Notes: a model not told the origin generated them from the letters alone. DNA of 64,000 bases from Lepidodermella squamata (GCA_047495785.1 JBLDXI010000055.1:1798001-1862000); one strand, 5' to 3'; shown: positions 38,438 to 51,241, counted from the stretch's first letter. Numbers and translations: made by a program.

Positions 38438-40254
38438 ATGGTCGAAGTGACTTATAAAAGTGAGTGCAAGATGTGATTCAAATATACGTTACACTTCATT
38501 CTAATGTCTGGGTATCTAGATTTTGATGAGATCGACCTTGACAGTTGCTTGAAAGAATGCTCGTTTATTTCAATCGATGGGGAGTTCACCGGACTGCGGT
38601 CGGGCAAGGAGTTCCAAACCAACTTGTTCGATACTGCTGAGCAGCGTTATTACAAGCAGTTGGCTGTTAGTTATTATTGCCTTCTTTTGCATTATAAACA
38701 CATAAGATTTTCCGAAGGGATCTGATGGAATGTTTATGGCTCAAGTGGGCGTGTCGATTTTCAAACATTTGGCTCTGAACGAATGGCGAGTCTCGACATA
38801 CAATTTTCTAATCTCTCCGAAAAATCCCCACTTCTGTGTTCGAGACCGCTACTTCACTTGCCAAACATCAAGCTTGGAGCTGCTTTTCAAATCTGGATTC
38901 AGCTTTGACCGATGCTTCAAGGAAGGCGTGACCTACATCAGCCAAGCCGAAGAGCAGGAATGCCGGAAGAATCTCGAGCAAAGGGCTGCAAGGCGAAACC
39001 TTAGAGCAGAGGCGGGCAACGGCGAGGCTGAAGTGGGTCGCGTTTCCAATAACAAAGCGCCTTGGTGGCAGGCTTTTGAGCAAAATATATGGTATATAAT
39101 ATAAAAGCGTTTTTGAGAAGTTGTTGAAATAAAAGAATACTTTTTTTGTGTACAGCAAAAAGCTGGACGAAGCGCTGCTGAATGGTGTTCGATCTCTGGG
39201 TCTATCTGATTTCACTGACGAGGAACGGTCTGTGCTGCTCCGCGTGATTGAAAAGAAGTACAACGACAAATTCGTCCTTCTTTCAAACTCGGTAGTACTG
39301 CTGAAGGACGCCGAGGACTGGTTGAACGCTCACAAATCTGACCTCGACAACTGTCTCGGATTCACATCTGTGGTGAAAAAGTTGTGTGAGTCAGGCAAGC
39401 CTGTTGTCGGCCACAACATTTACCTCGATCTGATTCACTTGTACCGCCAATTCATCGGGCCACTACCTGATGACTACGAAGAGGCTAAATCAGCGATGCA
39501 CATCGCTTTCCCTCGAATTATCGACACCAAATTGCTGGCTTCGATGGAGCCTTTAAAAGACTGGGTCAACTCGACTGGCCTGCCTGAACTTTACAAGGCC
39601 GTTCAACGGGCGCCATTTAAACAGCCAAAAGTGGACAATGCAGCGTATGGAGCCGGATCGGAGGATCATCTCCACCAGGCTGGTTACGATTCTTACATAA
39701 CTGGTTATGTTTTTATTGTGCTCTCCGACAAATTGTGCCAACTCAAAGGCGAAAAACCAGGCGTGATTCCGTTAGAATCCGCGAGTCTGCAGTCGTACAT
39801 AAACAAGGTTTTCATGTTTCGGTCATGGGATTACAACTTCATTTCACTCGACCGGCGTGATAATGTCCCGAGTCGTAAAAACGTGTTCCATGTCACGTTT
39901 CCCGCTACATTCCGAACTGATAATATCATAGAGCTTTTCAAGCCGTTCGGAAAGGTTCAAATCGGTTGGATTGACGATGTGTCATGTTTCGTCGGGTTGG
40001 TTGATGCTGATCAGGCGTCGTTCGCAGTTAAAAAATTGTGCGGCCATGGAGCTTCTGTACCCGTTGGTGTTTCTGTTAGAGCGTGGGGTAGCGCGTCGGT
40101 TACAAACAAGCGGAAATCTGCGACTGAAACGGAAGATATGCTCGTGGACGATAATCAGCAGCCAGCGGCGGTAGAAGATGGAAGCGTCAAAAAGGCGCGT
40201 AAAAGCGAGGATTCGACAAAAGCCGGTTTGTTCGCCGTGCCGGAACAGTGGTAA
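38438..40254 (+). CDS. PARN: Poly(A)-specific ribonuclease (DEDD/CAF1 family with RRM)
   Basis: FISIDGEFTGL, FDTAEQRY, KPVVGHNIYLDLIHLYRQF, IDTKLLAS, HQAGYDSYITG and RRM VFHVTFP..IGWIDDVSCFVGL. Three short introns. Confidence 0.92.
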
Positions 40255-40399
40255 CGGTTAACGCGAAATGTTGTTGGTCAATTCAGCTATGTTTTTATTT
40301 GTTTATCATTCCACTCGAATAAAGTTTCGGACAAATCTGGCTCAATGAACATGTAAACCTATTTTTTTCATACCAAGATAGATAATTTTATCTTTGATA

Positions 40400-41601
40400 A
40401 TGACCGAGACAGTCGCGGCTACGGAAACCTTGGAAGTTTCTGTGATATCTGTAGCGACGACTTGTGCTACAAATAAAATGCTGGACGAATCTCAGGAGGC
40501 GAAGCGGAAGAAGAAGCCGCGACACCGCAACCGCCGGCTGTACTCTGACATACTTCGGCAGATGGAATTTTATTTTTCGGATGCGAATTTGCACAAGGAC
40601 AAGTTCTTGAAAGAGCTGTTGCCCCCTGATGGCTGGGTCGCAGTCGATGTTTTCGCCGATTTCAAGAAAATACAGGCCATTACCACTGATAAACGCGTGC
40701 TGGCACGCGCCCTTTCGAAATCAACCGTGCTCGAGTTGTCTGAAGATGGCAAAAAAGTGCGCCGTAGAATAGCCTTCTCTCCTCCAAGCCAGGCGGAAGT
40801 CGACGAGCGCACCATATACCTGGTTGGCATTTCTTTTCATGAGACATGAACCTCCAACCTAATTTTTGGCCTATTTTTCAGGAACCGCTTCCTATTGATG
40901 CCGATCACACTTACGTAACAAATGCTCTCAAAGCATGTGGAGGCCGCGTCCTGTACGTTTCGTTGCCGCGGTTCAAGAAGTCGGGCCAACTGAAAGGCTT
41001 CGCGTTCGTCGAATTTGACTCGGCCGAAACCGCGTCGAAAGCCTGCGATCTATTCTCACCATCGCGTATGCCGAGCGACGCTGCAGCACCAATACCCCAG
41101 CTCGGCAAATTCCCCCACTCGAACAAAACCATCGAATCGCTGAAGCGGCGCAGTTGCGAAACAAAAGTCGAAGTAACCTTAGTTTCGGCCACAAAAGAAG
41201 TCGCTTCTGATGGGCCTGCTAAAACTGCTGAAAAGAATGGGGCACCCAAGACGGCTCGCAATCGGGCAAATTCGAGTTCCAACGAGGCCCCTCAACCTGA
41301 AGGCGGCAATGGGAATAAATTTTGGGTGATTTCCAAGCAACGTTGGCTGGAATTGAAAAACGAATATCTAACCCTGCAAAAGCAGCGAATCACAGCGCTC
41401 AAGCAGGTCGTTGAGGGGAAAAATCCTTGCGCCGAGCCGTTGACCACCGCCGACGCAAATGTCGCGAAACCGGCTCCTGTGAAGCGAAAATTGATCCCTG
41501 AAGTCAAGTCAAGCGATGCTAACAAACCGAAGCATATAAAATTTGACGACGACAGCGACCATGGCGAAAGCAATCACAGTGAAAAACAACTTGACCTCTA
41601 A
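40400..41601 (+). CDS. LARP7: La-related protein 7 (La motif and RRM1; C-terminal xRRM apparently absent)
   Basis: QMEFYFSDANLHKDKFL, DERTIYL|EPLP, YVSLPRFKKSGQLKGFAFVEF, LARP7-type VISKQRWLELKNEYLTLQK and C-terminal KHIKFDD. One intron ~40823-40881. Confidence 0.88.
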
Positions 41602-41920
41602 AGTTCTCTTTTATCGATAAAGTTCGAATTGACAGTGATGTCACGAAATCGTCATTATTATTTGTGTTTCATAAACATTTCTCAAATAAATAAAACCAGT
41701 GGCTCATGTTTTATTTTCAACGGTATTGAACGCATTTTGCAGTGGTAATCAGAAGGTGCTACTTAATATTCAGATGCCATCAAAATTTGTTGGAAAAATT
41801 AAAAATAAATGGATTTGATTTATCCCCCCCCCCTTCCCCCCCCATCTTACACTATTTGCTCAATTTTTTTTATGGATTTTCTTGCGCGGAGCTAAGAATG
41901 TCCTAGTTTAAAAACATCTC

Positions 41921-42231
41921 ATGAATATATTGGGTGTGACTTTTTTCATCCGACAACCAAAAGTGTGACTGAACTCATCCGACATGAAAATACCGATTTT
42001 CTCGTATTTCCCGACTTTTCCGTAGGAAAGTACCCCTTTTATGCACCCTAATTTGGCCCCTGAACCGGCAGAATTTTATGGGGAAAGATTTATGGCGATC
42101 CCAGTTGTCAATTTTTTACTTAATTTTTTGAAAATATGAAAAAGCAAGTCGGTAGGTTTTAGTCACATTTTTGGTTGTCGGATGAAATACGACATCGGTC
42201 GGATAACAAAAGTTTTCCCCAATATATTCAT
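41921..42231. mobile_element. MITE, ~310 bp, with long imperfect inverted ends
   Basis: ATGAATATATTGGG at 41921 versus CCCAATATATTCAT ending 42231. An inner inverted block TTTCATCCGACAACCAAAA(G/A)TGTGACT occurs on both arms. Confidence 0.8.
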
Positions 42232-42861
42232 ATTCTTAAAAAATTTTCCACTTCCATTTGAGCTATTTTTGGAGCTCATGTAAAGGGCATCATTCCGCTC
42301 CGTTTTCCAGCAAAACTACATGCCGCACGTGCTCGAAACTCATGACAAGTCATATCTATCCCACCGTGCGGTTCTTTTGGCTGTCACTGTATGATAAATT
42401 CAAGGGAACTGAAGGCCAGACACCAATAGCTTCCAAAACCAAGCTCCATCCTTAGGCTTAAGTTGATCGATATGATATGGTATGGTCAGAAGGTGGACAG
42501 TGCACTCTATGCAGTCTAAAGTAATGAAAACATGAAGCAGCATCAAGCCCTGACAATAGGGCATATCGATCGAAACATTCGACTCGTACACACCATCCGT
42601 CGGACGCAATTGATTTTTGGTTGCGGTGGTTTAGTACTAGCGTAAAAAAAGCTCGAGTCGTGATGAGTTTGATGTTAGATTGTGCGCGGTGCTTGGTAAC
42701 AACTGCCAGGTGGTCGTGTGTTTTTATTCGTTCATTCTTTGGTAGTGTAGCTAAACATTGCGCGACGCAATGCTATGAAATACTCGCGGCAGCGCCGATT
42801 GCCGCTTTCGCTTTTGCTGTAAGTGAAACCATCAGCCTGTCTTTGCCGGTTGCAAGTAAAA

Positions 42862-44908
42862 ATGGTTAACGAGACTGCAACGAACATCATTAGGACGGAC
42901 ATGCTGTTTGCGCAGCGGGTTAGGATGCCTCAAGTAAAGAATAACTCCGTGGTGGCCGCCACGATTTTCGAAGACGCGACAGAGGAACAGAAAGGCTTAC
43001 ATGGCATGGCTTTGCGAGAAAATAATTTGATCAAGAGCATCGACGATGGTTTGCATATTTGAAAATTATTTCATTTTCAAAGTAATAGCTATCGCTTTCT
43101 AGCCATCAATGAAACGCACAATCGCGTATCGGTGCTTAGAACGACAGTCGCCAGTGGTCATTTGGCAACAGTGATTAGCGAACAGGCTCACTTAGCTAAC
43201 CGATTAATTAATCAGTCTTACCGTGATTGGGAACGCCAACCTGATTTTATTCAGCAGGTCATCACTGCACTTTGCAACGCAAAATATCCAGGTGAGCCGG
43301 CAGAATCGAATGCATATCGCAATAATTGAATCGCTTCGGGTCGCTCTAAAATACAAATTTTTTATTTGCATGTTTCTTCCTTTCAGCTCTTGCTGTCAAC
43401 TTGATAGAGAAGCTATATCAACGTGGTTATGCAACAGACGAAGCAAGTGAAAGATTCTCGCGGAATGTATTCGGAACCCTGATGAATTTTACCGACAAGT
43501 CTGACCAGTTCAGAGAAGCATTAGGAGAGACTGGCTTGATTGAGGTGCTCATCGAATCCCTTCATAATAAGGACAAATTCATGGCTGCGATTTCGAAAAA
43601 TCCGGTAAGATTTCCATCAAAGATTTTAGAAAATTATTGTACACGCCGATCTATTTAGAAAAACGAGGACTTTTTACGATTTTCCCTCGCCGTGCTACAC
43701 AATTTGGCTCGTAATCCAGACCTCAAAAACAAATTTCTGTCTCTTGACGCGACACTGGTATCGTCTTGACATATTTTTTAATGTATAAAGATTAACGAGA
43801 AACATGACAGATTCTGAGTAATTATCTCGACTACAACAACGATTACGTTCAATGCATCTCACTGCTCAGCGTTGTTCAAGTATTGAGCGACACCCCGGAT
43901 GCCAATGTCTGGGCTACTCAACGGGGCTTTGTAGACACTCTTGTGGACTATTGCCAGAGCGCGATTATGAGCAATGACCGTCGTTGCCGGGGCATGCATG
44001 TCGAAGAGTTGGCCGAAGGTCTTTGCTTATTGGCCGTAGCAAAAACGTTTAAAGAAAAACTCATTCAGCACCAAAAGATAGTTGCCGTGCTGAAAAATCT
44101 GCTGTCTAGCCTTGATTCGTCTTTCCTTGAGCAAAGCCGTGGCGTTGAGTTGGCATGGCAGTTGAGTTTTTCAGAGGCTGGAAAAGAGACAGTCCAGAGT
44201 CATTGTATGGAGTACTTGAAAAACCTAGCTCAGACCTCGTCAACAGGAGAGATGGCTCAATCTGTCCGAAGGAACGCTGCAAAAGCAGTGGCATATATCG
44301 AACATTGGGACAAGTGGAACCCGAAACCAGTCGTCGTACCCGAACAAAACGGCCATCAAAGTCTCAACTCTACAAACGATTCGACAACACTTCTTGTGGC
44401 AACCAAGCAATCTGTCACAAGCTCTCATTCACAGAAGCCAACCGCTAACACCAAAGGTCACGTATTTTTGAGTTATTGCCACCGGCAGCAAGAACTGGTA
44501 ATCAGAGTTTACGAACGGCTACTAGCCAAGGGAATGAGCAATTTGTGGATCGATTTTAAAAACCTGGGTAACGACTGGATCGATGGCATGGCAAAGGGTA
44601 TCGAAAATGCATCTGTCGTCGTAATTTTTTTCTCTGAGGCTTATAAGCTATCAAGCAATTGCAAGGCCGAGGCCGAGTATGCATTTGCGTTAAAAAAACG
44701 CATCGTCCCGGTGAAGGTGCAACCCGGCTACTCAGCTGACGGATGGTTAGGAATCATTGTTCAGCGATTGTTTTGGCTGGAAATGACGCTACCCATTAGT
44801 AACGAATCATTTGATAAGCTGGTATCTGAAATCAAATCGGCTCGCAACCAGCGAACAAATTCGGCCAGCGACGCAAATGGCCGGACAAAATGCTGCTCCA
44901 TTTCTTAA
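42862..44908 (+). CDS. ARM-repeat and TIR (TIR_2-type) protein with a C-terminal CaaX motif
   Basis: Helical-repeat segments (GTLMNFTDKS, SLAVLHNLARN, ELAWQLSF), then TIR HVFLSYC..LWIDF..MAKGIENASVVVIFFSEAYKLSSNCKAEAEYA..RIVPV..GWLG. Ends TKCCSIS*. Four short introns. Confidence 0.85.
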
Positions 44909-45069
44909 TCAATCGTTATTTATCATTTTTAGCCATTTTTCATGATGAGAAAGTAAACAGAAGATTACAATAGCGCCATTTTATTGTGTAACAAACTATT
45001 AATTTTGCTTCAATCCTGGTGTTCCTTATATATGAACGTATCATAGCATATGAAAGCAGCAAATCAGGT

Positions 45070-47344
45070 TCACTCGAGCTCGTCATGATCGGGATTGCGC
45101 GCATGCGCTTCGTCTTCACTGGAATCCGTCAAATCATTCAGATCAAAGCGCTCTTGAGGCTCGTTAGGCTGTTGCTGCGCTGGTGCATCAAACGGCGGAG
45201 GCTCGAGATGCAGACCTGCCAACACCCCACGGAATGCTTGAATGAAGTTGTCAAACCGAAGCTGCATTTGATTCTGAAAGCAAATCAGTGTAACTTCCCA
45301 CCATTAAGTATCTAAAACTATGTGTTACCTGTTCAGTCGGGTTGTAGTTGGGAAGAAGCGATGCGAAGAAGGACGCAAATAGGTCCAGGGGCGACGAAGC
45401 TTCTGAATTCGCCCCGCGACCACGTCTCGGATTTTGCCGCGTATATGTCCAGATGGCGTCGGGTGGCGGCAAAGGGTCGTAAGAAAACATGGCGGCTGTG
45501 AAAGGCAGTTCGCTGGAGACGAAACCAATGGGTTCGCGGTGGCCGGCCAGCACTAAATGTCGCAATACATTTCGGCCGCAAGGCATCCTGAAAGCCGAGA
45601 GCGCCTTCTCTCTCACCGCCTGGCGGTTAGCCTCATGAGCTGGGTGACTTTCAACGAACTCAGCTACAACAGATTCAAGCCACTTTAAAGTGTCCATGTC
45701 CTTCCAAATTGAACCACAACGAATGACGTATAGTGACTGTAGCGCTTTAAGGCCGTTTGGCTCATCTTTAGCATCTTGTTGCGAAGCTACAAACCATTTA
45801 CAAGCAGCCAGTTTGCTGTCCGGTTTGACCGAACACGATTCAAGGAGGGGAATTAGCACACTTGGAAACCGGGTAAGGGCGTCAAACATCAAGTTCTTTG
45901 CAGTTGCGAGGATTGAGTCAGCCGAGGCGTTTGGCACGTGCGGTTTCGAGAACGCAGATGCCGCCGCCGCCGCTGAATTGGTACTGGGCGCCAGGGTCGA
46001 AAGGCGATAGCAAGCCAGTGGAATTGAGTACGCGAAGTTAGGCAGCCAGTCCAGGCTTTTCTCGCGCCACAATTCGTCGTAAATTCCGATAAGTTCAGCG
46101 TAGCACGTTGCTCGAAGGGCGTAAAAGTCAATAAATAACAATGCACACATTGGATCGCGGCGGAAGTCAAGGCTTAGAAGCAGCTTGCTGAGTTCGAACG
46201 ACGTTCGGGTGCAGCCTTTCCGGCCGAGCAGGATGACGTGGCGGAACAGGGCAAGATAGAATGACCGGCTTTCGAAGTACCGGAAATCAAGAACTCGAGA
46301 GCCAAGCCGGGTCAAAATGAAGTTGTGGTGCAAGCTCGCCTCCATCGCATAGACGGCTCGCTCGACCAGGTCGGCGGCTGACTGCGGGTCGTCGGCAGTC
46401 AGGCAAAGTTCGGCCAACTGCAGCAATGTATCGATATGGTATGGATATTTTCGATGAACTGCCGCGATTTCATCGGGTGACAGCGATTCAACGGCAGTCC
46501 AGAACTCTTGTTGGGCCTGGAAAGAACAAAATATAATAACAAATACGCTAATTAAGACATTATTGGCTTTACTGCAGCGTAAGCGTTATCGTGTTCAAAA
46601 GTGTAAGTTGGCAGGCTCGAACTGCTAGCCGTTGTTGAATTTGCATCGACCTGTCGCATTGAAAGACCAGTCCTATTCAGCAATGGCCAGTTCGGCCTCG
46701 GTGTTATCAGCTTAGTTACTGCGATTCTGCGCTGAGCGCCAGAACGATGCCCGCGAGGTAAGTTTGTCGGACCCGCAACTTGCGTTCCAAAGCGGTACCT
46801 TACCTCCTGCGCAGAGTTGAGAAACTTCGGATTCAGCGAGAGAGGGTCTTTCACAGCCAGTCCGAACAGGTTGCACAAAGTTTGGCTGCGCGATGACGAC
46901 AACGATGAGTCAATATTTCGGACCACGTTGTCATTGAAATATTCGCTGTTAGATGACGTGTATGAAGCTGCAGCGGCCTCGGCCGCAGCGATTTCCAAGA
47001 AATCATCATCAGTCATCGGCTTTGCACTGCTGAGTTCTTTTTTGGCCGCTTTCTGCTTAGCCTTTTTCTTTTTCTTTTTCGCAGCTTTTTGCGCTTGTTG
47101 GCTGCTCTCATCCTCCTCTTTTTCGCTATCATCTTCAAGCAAGTCATCACCGTCGGGAAGCTGCGAAAATAGGCAAAAGTACCGCATGGCGGTCATTTAT
47201 CAAGTTGTTACTTACAATATCGAATTTATTGGCTATGGGCTTTTCCGGAGCAACCTCTACGGGTTCGTCGCCGTCAGTACTGTCATGTTCACCATCCAAA
47301 GGCGAAGACGCTGCCTGCATACGCCGCAGAGCACGAGTTGACAT
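45070..47344 (-). CDS. TCF25: Transcription factor 25 / ribosome quality control Rqc1 homolog
   Basis: MSTRALRR, KKKKKK tract, YTFEH, YPYHIDTLLQL, AADLVERAVYAME and SFYLALFRH..RKGCTRTSFELSKLLLSLD..DP. Confidence 0.93.
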
Positions 47345-47545
47345 TTTTATAGCAAAATAAACCTTGGTAAAGTCAATTCCAGAATACATGTTTAGAATAC
47401 ATCAATGTTTAGAATACATCAACTGATTGCTATATAAATTAAGGTGGCACCATTATCAGCGTTTTAAATGGAAAGCGCAAATCAGGAAGGAATGCTCAAA
47501 TCTCAAAAATAATCAATGTTTGGTTCAATTTGTCGCCCTTAAATT

Positions 47546-48671
47546 CTAGTCCTTTTTCCACTTCTGGACAGCCGCTTCCTTGTCCAGCGCAGCTTTAGCA
47601 CGGCACACATCTTGCAAATAAACATCTCGCATACGGCGAAGATCATCCCGGTGTTCGGCTGGAATGCGCTTATCCATCACCTCAGCGATTCGTTTCGTAG
47701 TAGGGTGTTCAGGATCCCAAGCGGCTGGTGGCTTGAACGTGTCCAGCACAGCTTGGCAACCTGAATAGATTTACTCGCTGCAAGCTGAAATATCCTTTTT
47801 TCCTTCATTTCTTACCCTTGCTATATCGTTGACAGTAGTCTGTAGTTCCATCAGGTGCGTTTAGCACGGTTATTTCCCACGGCCCAAAAAAGGCGTAACG
47901 GGGTCCAAGGCCTTCGCTCATGACCAGATCAACCTCGGATGGTTCGAGCACGCCATCATTGACTAGATGCCAAGCCTCAGACATGATTGCGTATTGGATT
48001 CGGTTGACGGCGAACCCGGCAATCTCCTTCTTGCAAACGACAGGCGCGCGGCCGATGGAAAGCATCACTTCACGTGCCACATTAGTCACGACTGGGTCGG
48101 TGTAGGTGGCTGGAACGACTTCGACGACGCGCAAATAGAAAACTGGATTGACCGGGTGGACAATGATGGTCTGGTCGCGGCGCTTCAAGTCTGAAGTGAT
48201 GCGTGAAATCGGCATTGTCGAGCACGAACTTGCGAGCACGACTTTGTTTGTGGCACCGCTGCGCTCAACTGCCGCTGACTCAGCTAATCGCGCAAAAACC
48301 TTTTGTTTCAACTCCAATACCTCAGGAACGCACTCCTGCACGTAGAATGCGCCATCGAGACAATCCTCGAGGTCGGTAGTGGTTCTGATTAGGGCGATCC
48401 GTTGCTCGATAGTTTGCTCGCCAGTCAGTAGACCGTTTTTGGCTAGCATGTCAAAGTTCTGCCGGATAGCTCCCAGTGCTTTCTCTAGCTGGCTCTGCTC
48501 GACGTCATACATGGAAACAGTGTAACCAGCATTTGCAAACAATATGGCCCACGAACCGCCCACTAAACCACTGTTGAAATTCATGGCGGAAATAAACGTA
48601 TATTGATATGGATGACAAATTTCGTACCTGCCTACCACTGCGATTTTGCGACCCTGAGGTGTCAGTGCCAT
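47546..48671 (-). CDS. CRYL1: Lambda-crystallin homolog (L-gulonate 3-dehydrogenase)
   Basis: KIAVVGSGLVGGSWAILFANAGY..YD, VQECVPE, HPVNP, GFAVNRIQYA and GLGPRYAFFGP. Two introns. Confidence 0.93.
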
Positions 48672-49562
48672 ATTTCACCCAGCGAATTAATTTATAAAAA
48701 CTGAAAACAGACAAGGCGGGAATAAACTGTAATATCCAATCATTTTACTGCAAAACATAGCGTGTTCAACTTCGGTTATAATATTATTCTGTAGTATGCT
48801 TTTGACAAATTCATCACAACACAGGCTCAGCAGTTGACAACGCCATAAGTTACTCTATTCGTGCACGAGACATTTTCTGTATAGACTGACAAGATTTGCG
48901 AACAGAACGATTATATTATCGTTGTTTAGATATTTTTTTTTAACAATTATAACATGCATATATTCGCGCTATTAATAGGAGAAATCATAATAAACAATCA
49001 ATTTGATTAGATGAAGAACTCTCACGAAATTCAATTCACAACTTGAGGAGACCAGAGAGCAAAAAAAGACATAACGCAGGAAGATCACCATTGCCGTATT
49101 TCGATGTTTGTCACAATTCGTGGTCCGTTGTTTTGGAAACTCATCTCAAGAGACATTCATTTGATTGAAACAAGGAAATGTTGTGTATAACATAATATAA
49201 GGCAACGTAGGGCGTGGGGTAATTAAAACAACGCTAGTACATTAAGGCATGCGAAATAAAAAATTATAGAAAAGGTATCTCTTTAAAAGATCGAAAAAAA
49301 TTGAGACAATGCTAAGCAATAAAGGCAAACAACGGGTGAGTTCAAAGGCTATTATTATATTTTGCGAGAATAAAACAAGGCGATAAAACAGAAATGCTGA
49401 AGCACCTGTCGGATGAAAAATGACTCGTTCGACCAGTTTTGAAGTTGGGTAAAATTGATTGATATATCGATAAAACGAGATAAAGAGATGAGATAAAAGG
49501 CGTGATTAGATGTAATTGTGTTTTTTGCCAACAAGTATTGCACCAATGATAGCTGAATTGAA

Positions 49563-50893
49563 TCAAGGCCTCTTTTGCTTCTTGGCGTGGTGGTTGGCGA
49601 ATTCATGGGTGTCGTCATCATCCAGGTCCTTGGCAACGCCGTTCGCGGCTTTGCCGTTTGGCGAAGCGACAGTTTCACGGGGATCCTCGACAGCCGCCGA
49701 ACGACCACCGAACAGAATGCGGCAGATAAACAAAACAATGAACCAGAACCAATACACATAGAATGCGTACAAGCTACCAAGAAAGCCGTTCTGAAACAAG
49801 TGAAACGGAAGGGGCAGGGCCGGGTGCGACACCCATATTCCGATCGAGCCAGAGCGCCAAACTTTCGTCAAATGCATATAGAGCCGGAAAACCACCCTAA
49901 AATAGTGTAAGCGGTTGATTTCTCCGAAAACATAATTGTGGGTAAAACTCACCAGCATGTGGCAAAAAGAACAGCCATCACATTTGAAACCATGTCCCAG
50001 AATAGCGAGTAGCCTGATTTTCGGTTTCGGAGGTATGTGGCACACTTGCCCAGCTCGAGGAGAATATCGTTGATGTCATCCAGCACGAAGATAAGAACGC
50101 CAATTTTGAGGCAGCTGATTGAGTACGAGAACATGATGAGTGTGAGCGCGACCAGGTGGTGGCATAGCATGGCGATTGAGTCCTTGCGCCAGGAGTCCAT
50201 GAAAAGAGTTGCATAGCTAAAAATGAACAAAGAAAACGAGTAGAATGTTGGATGAAGTCGCTTGCAAGTCTGACAAACATTGAGTGAAAGTAAAAACTGG
50301 CTTCGATGCCGTAGACAATACTCAGATCAAGAGGGGCAGCGTGAAGCGTCCAGTCACGGTACTGCTGCAAGGGGTTCTCGAAGTAGTCATAACCTCGAAA
50401 AAACGTCACATATACAGCTGAAGTCCACATCAAAATGAAGGCAGTCGATTTCCATGCTGATTCGCTAAACTTCTGTACATTCCCCGGAATGACGCCCAGG
50501 GCATTTGCCAGTGGCTGTAGCAAGAAGCTTAATAATATGAGCACTTTCATTATAACGACGACTTACCGTAAAAATACGGCTCGAGATGATGTGTCGGCCA
50601 CAGGTCCACAGAACGGTTAACAGAAACACAACAGCTACATCAGTCATGTTGATAGCGGAGAAGAAGAGCATGTCAGAGAAAAACTTGTAGGGTGAGCTGA
50701 ACATGAGAGACTGCTGAGCAGGGGCAGAAGAGCTGTTCGTGCTGATTTCCTTGTAGCATCGATAAATCATTTGAAAACCACGAGCTATGTCGAAGGCCGC
50801 TGTGATAGGGTTGCTCGTTTCGGTTTCATCCCTCAGACGCATATGCTCACAGCGTCCGTATGGCTCGGGCCATGCGATAGCGTTGTTAACCAT
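49563..50893 (-). CDS. CERS1: Ceramide synthase (TLC/Lag1 domain, no homeodomain; CerS1-like)
   Basis: KFSESAWK, Lag1 motif RKDSIAMLCHHLV...LDDINDILLE, W..FRL, YWF and EDPRE. Three introns. Confidence 0.88.
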
Positions 50894-51217
50894 GTTCTAA
50901 TTAATTGGAATTTAAACGGTTTAATTGACACTTAGATATTGATAGTTAATAAGACAACATAAACTGAGAAATAATTATTTGTAGAAAGGAGTGCCATTTT
51001 TATGGTTGAGGCTCATCGGAAGATCGCGTGCCTTATCAAAAACGGGTGTCTCCATAACGCGACATCTGCTAAGAGGTCAAATTTCGAGGTGAGAGGTCAC
51101 TTTTGAGAGCATTGTTAGAAACAATCCCGTAAATTGCTTCATTTGATAGGAAGCGACACTGATATGGCTGACGCAGAGGCTGAGCGTTCTCAGTACCACA
51201 AACGGTCTTTAAACCGT

Positions 51218-51241
51218 ATTATTATTATTATTATTATTATT
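51218..51241. repeat. (ATT)8 microsatellite
   Basis: attattattattattattattatt, read directly. Confidence 0.9.

Noticed and set aside
41823-41843. Poly-C tract (G-quadruplex potential on the minus strand)
   Set aside because: An isolated homopolymer beside a MITE, with no evidence of function.
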